Assembly (NCBI RefSeq): GCF_006345805.1 | Contig: NC_043004.1 | Location: forward strand, 75,888,001-75,952,000 | Length of the DNA: 64,000 bases | Origin: Octopus sinensis | Taxonomy: Eukaryota | Direction of reading: 5' to 3' | Shown: piece after piece, positions 62,046 to 64,000 of the stretch | Layout of the letters: each line of letters begins with the position of its first letter | Numbering within the stretch: position 1 is the stretch's first letter | The notes under the pieces: model-generated | What the model saw: the letters and a program-made list of their open reading frames with translations, nothing else | Database searches by the model: none | What the model was told of the DNA's origin: nothing | Translations under genes and position numbers: made by a program

Positions 62046-64000
62046 CAGTCTGCTGGGACTGAAGGTGAGCGGTTGGCTCTGGACTCATATAATTCGTGTT
62101 TTCTTGGTACCTCTGCAACCCTGTTCTGTTCCTAAGACGAGGCACCTCCGTTGGTGCAGCTTTTCCAGGCTGGGCAGTCTGCTGGGACTGAAGGTGAGCG
62201 GTTGGCTCTGGACTCATATAATTCGTGTTTTCTTGGTACCTCTGCAACCCTGTTCTGTTCCTAAGACGAGGCACCTCCGTTGGTGCAGCTTTTCCAGGCT
62301 GGGCAGTCTGCTGGGACTGAAGGTGAGCGGTTGCTCTGGACTCATATAATTCGTGTTTTCTTGGTACCTCTGCAACCCTGTTCTGTTCCTAAGACGAGGC
62401 ACCTCCGTTGGTGCAGCTTTTCCAGGCTGGGCAGTCTGCTGGGACTGAAGGTGAGCGGTTGGCTCTGGACTCATATAATTCGTGTTTTCTTGGTACCTCT
62501 GCAACCCTGTTCTGTTCCCAAGACGAGGCACCTCCGTTGGTGCAGCTTTTCCGGGCTGGACAGTCTGCTGGGACTGAAGGTGAGCGGTTGGCTCTGGACT
62601 CATACAATTCGTGTTTTCTTGGTACCCCTGCAACCCTGTTCTGTTCCTAAGACGAGGCATCTCCGTTGGTGCAGCTTTTCCAGGCTGGGCAGTCTGCTGG
62701 GACTGAAGGTGAGCGGTTGGCTCTGGACACATATAATTCGTGTTTTCTGGGTACCTCTGCAACCCTGTTCTGTTCCTAAGACGAGGCACTCCGTTGGTGC
62801 AGCTTTTCCAGGCTGGGCAGTCTGCTGGGACTGAAGGTGAGCGGTTGGCTCTGGACTCATATAATTCGTGTTTTCTTGGTACCTCTGCAACCCTGTTCTG
62901 TTCCTAAGACGAGGCATCTCCGTTGGTGCAGCTTTTCCAGGCTGGGCAGTCTGCTGGGACTGAAGGTGAGCGGTTGGCTCTGGACTCATATAATTCGTGT
63001 TTTCTTGGTACCTCTGCAACCCTGTTCTGTTCCTAAGACGAGGCACCTCCGTTGGTGCAGCTTTTCCAGGCTGGGCAGTCTGCTGGGACTGAAGGTGAGC
63101 GTTGGCTCTGGACTCATATAATTCGTGTTTTCTTGGTACCTCTGCAACCCTGTTCTGTTCCTAAGACGAGGCACCTCCGTTGGTGCAGCTTTTCCAGGCT
63201 GGACAGTCTGCTGGGACTGAAGGTGAGCGGTTGGCTCTGGACTCATATAATTCGTGTTTTCTTGGTACCTCTGCAACCCTGTTCTGTTCCTAAGACGAGG
63301 CATCTCCGTTGGTGCAGCTTTTCCAGGCTGGGCAGTCTGCTGGGACTGAAGGTGAGCGGTTGGCTCTGGACTCATATAATTCGTGTTTTCTTGGTACCTC
63401 TGCAACCCTGTTCTGTTCCTAAGACGAGGCACCTCCGTTGGTGCAGCTTTTCCAGGGTGGGCAGTCTGCTGGGACTGAAGGTGAGCGGTTGGCTCTGGAC
63501 TCATATAATTCGTGTTTTCTTGGTACCTCTGCAACCCTGTTCTGTTCCTAAGACGAGGCACCTTTGTTGGTGCAGCTGTTCCAGGCTGGGCAGTCTGCTG
63601 GGACTGAAGGTGAGCGGTTGGCTCTGGACTCATATAATTCGTGTTTTCTTGGTACCTCTGCAACCCTGTTCTGTTCCTAAGACGAGGCATCTCCGTTGGT
63701 GCAGCTTTTCCAGGCTGGGCAGTCTGCTGGGACTGAAGGTGAGCGGTTGGCTCTGGACTCATATAATTCGTGTTTTCTTGGTACCTCTGCAACCCTGTTC
63801 TGTTCCTAAGACGAGGCATCTCCGTTGGTGCAGCTTTTCCAGGCTGGGCAGTCTGCTGGGACTGAAGGTGAGCGGTGGCTCTGGACTCATATAATTCGTG
63901 TTTTCTTGGTACCTCTGCAACCCTGTTCTGTTCCTAAGACGAGGCATCTCCGTTGGTGCAGCTTTTCCAGGCTGGGCAGTCTGCTGGGACTGAAGGTGAG
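62046..64000. repeat. 129-bp tandem array (>=15 units, runs off the window) derived from the RTE ORF2 C-terminus
   Basis: Period 62046 to 62175; near-identical units. One minus frame reads PAWKSCTNGGASS*EQNRVAEVPRKHELYESRANRSPSVPADC, contiguous with the zinc finger. Confidence 0.95.

Noticed and set aside
62046-64000. Each 129-bp unit as a 57-nt exon plus 72-nt intron (TTCCTAAG|ACGAGG...GAAG|GTGAGC) encoding (DEAPPLVQLFQAGQSAGTE)n
   Set aside because: The unit is fully explained as antisense RTE ORF2 sequence contiguous with its zinc finger, and an in-frame TGA precedes the first unit. Cryptic splicing is not excluded without RNA-seq.

Overview
AT-rich, extremely repeat-dense eukaryotic DNA. 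It is most likely intronic or intergenic sequence of an octopus-type cephalopod, inferred from the SINE repertoire and microsatellite load (no database check was possible). I recognise no intact host gene, only one or two low-confidence exon candidates, and most track ORFs are microsatellite artefacts. Content: a young 5'-truncated RTE LINE with a PHD-type finger inside its RT; CR1-, RTE-X-, BovB-like RTE- and R4/Dong-like LINE 3' fragments; dozens of tRNA-derived SINEs; piggyBac-, hAT-, Tc1/Tc2- and foldback MITEs; a non-autonomous Helitron; a probable solo LTR; and two tandem arrays born from RTE sequence (43-bp and 129-bp units). Most notable are roughly ten type I hammerhead-ribozyme (HHR) motifs from several distinct Penelope-like families. 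Three of them lie in a composite element with a Pol III tRNA-like head, an (AAT)n linker, a minimal hammerhead and no poly(A) or terminal simple-repeat tail. One copy has a 13-bp TSD; another has an inverted truncated partner. This looks like a tRNA-headed, ribozyme-bearing SINE that may be mobilised by Penelope-like machinery. All coordinates were read by eye, so boundaries of old repeats are approximate.
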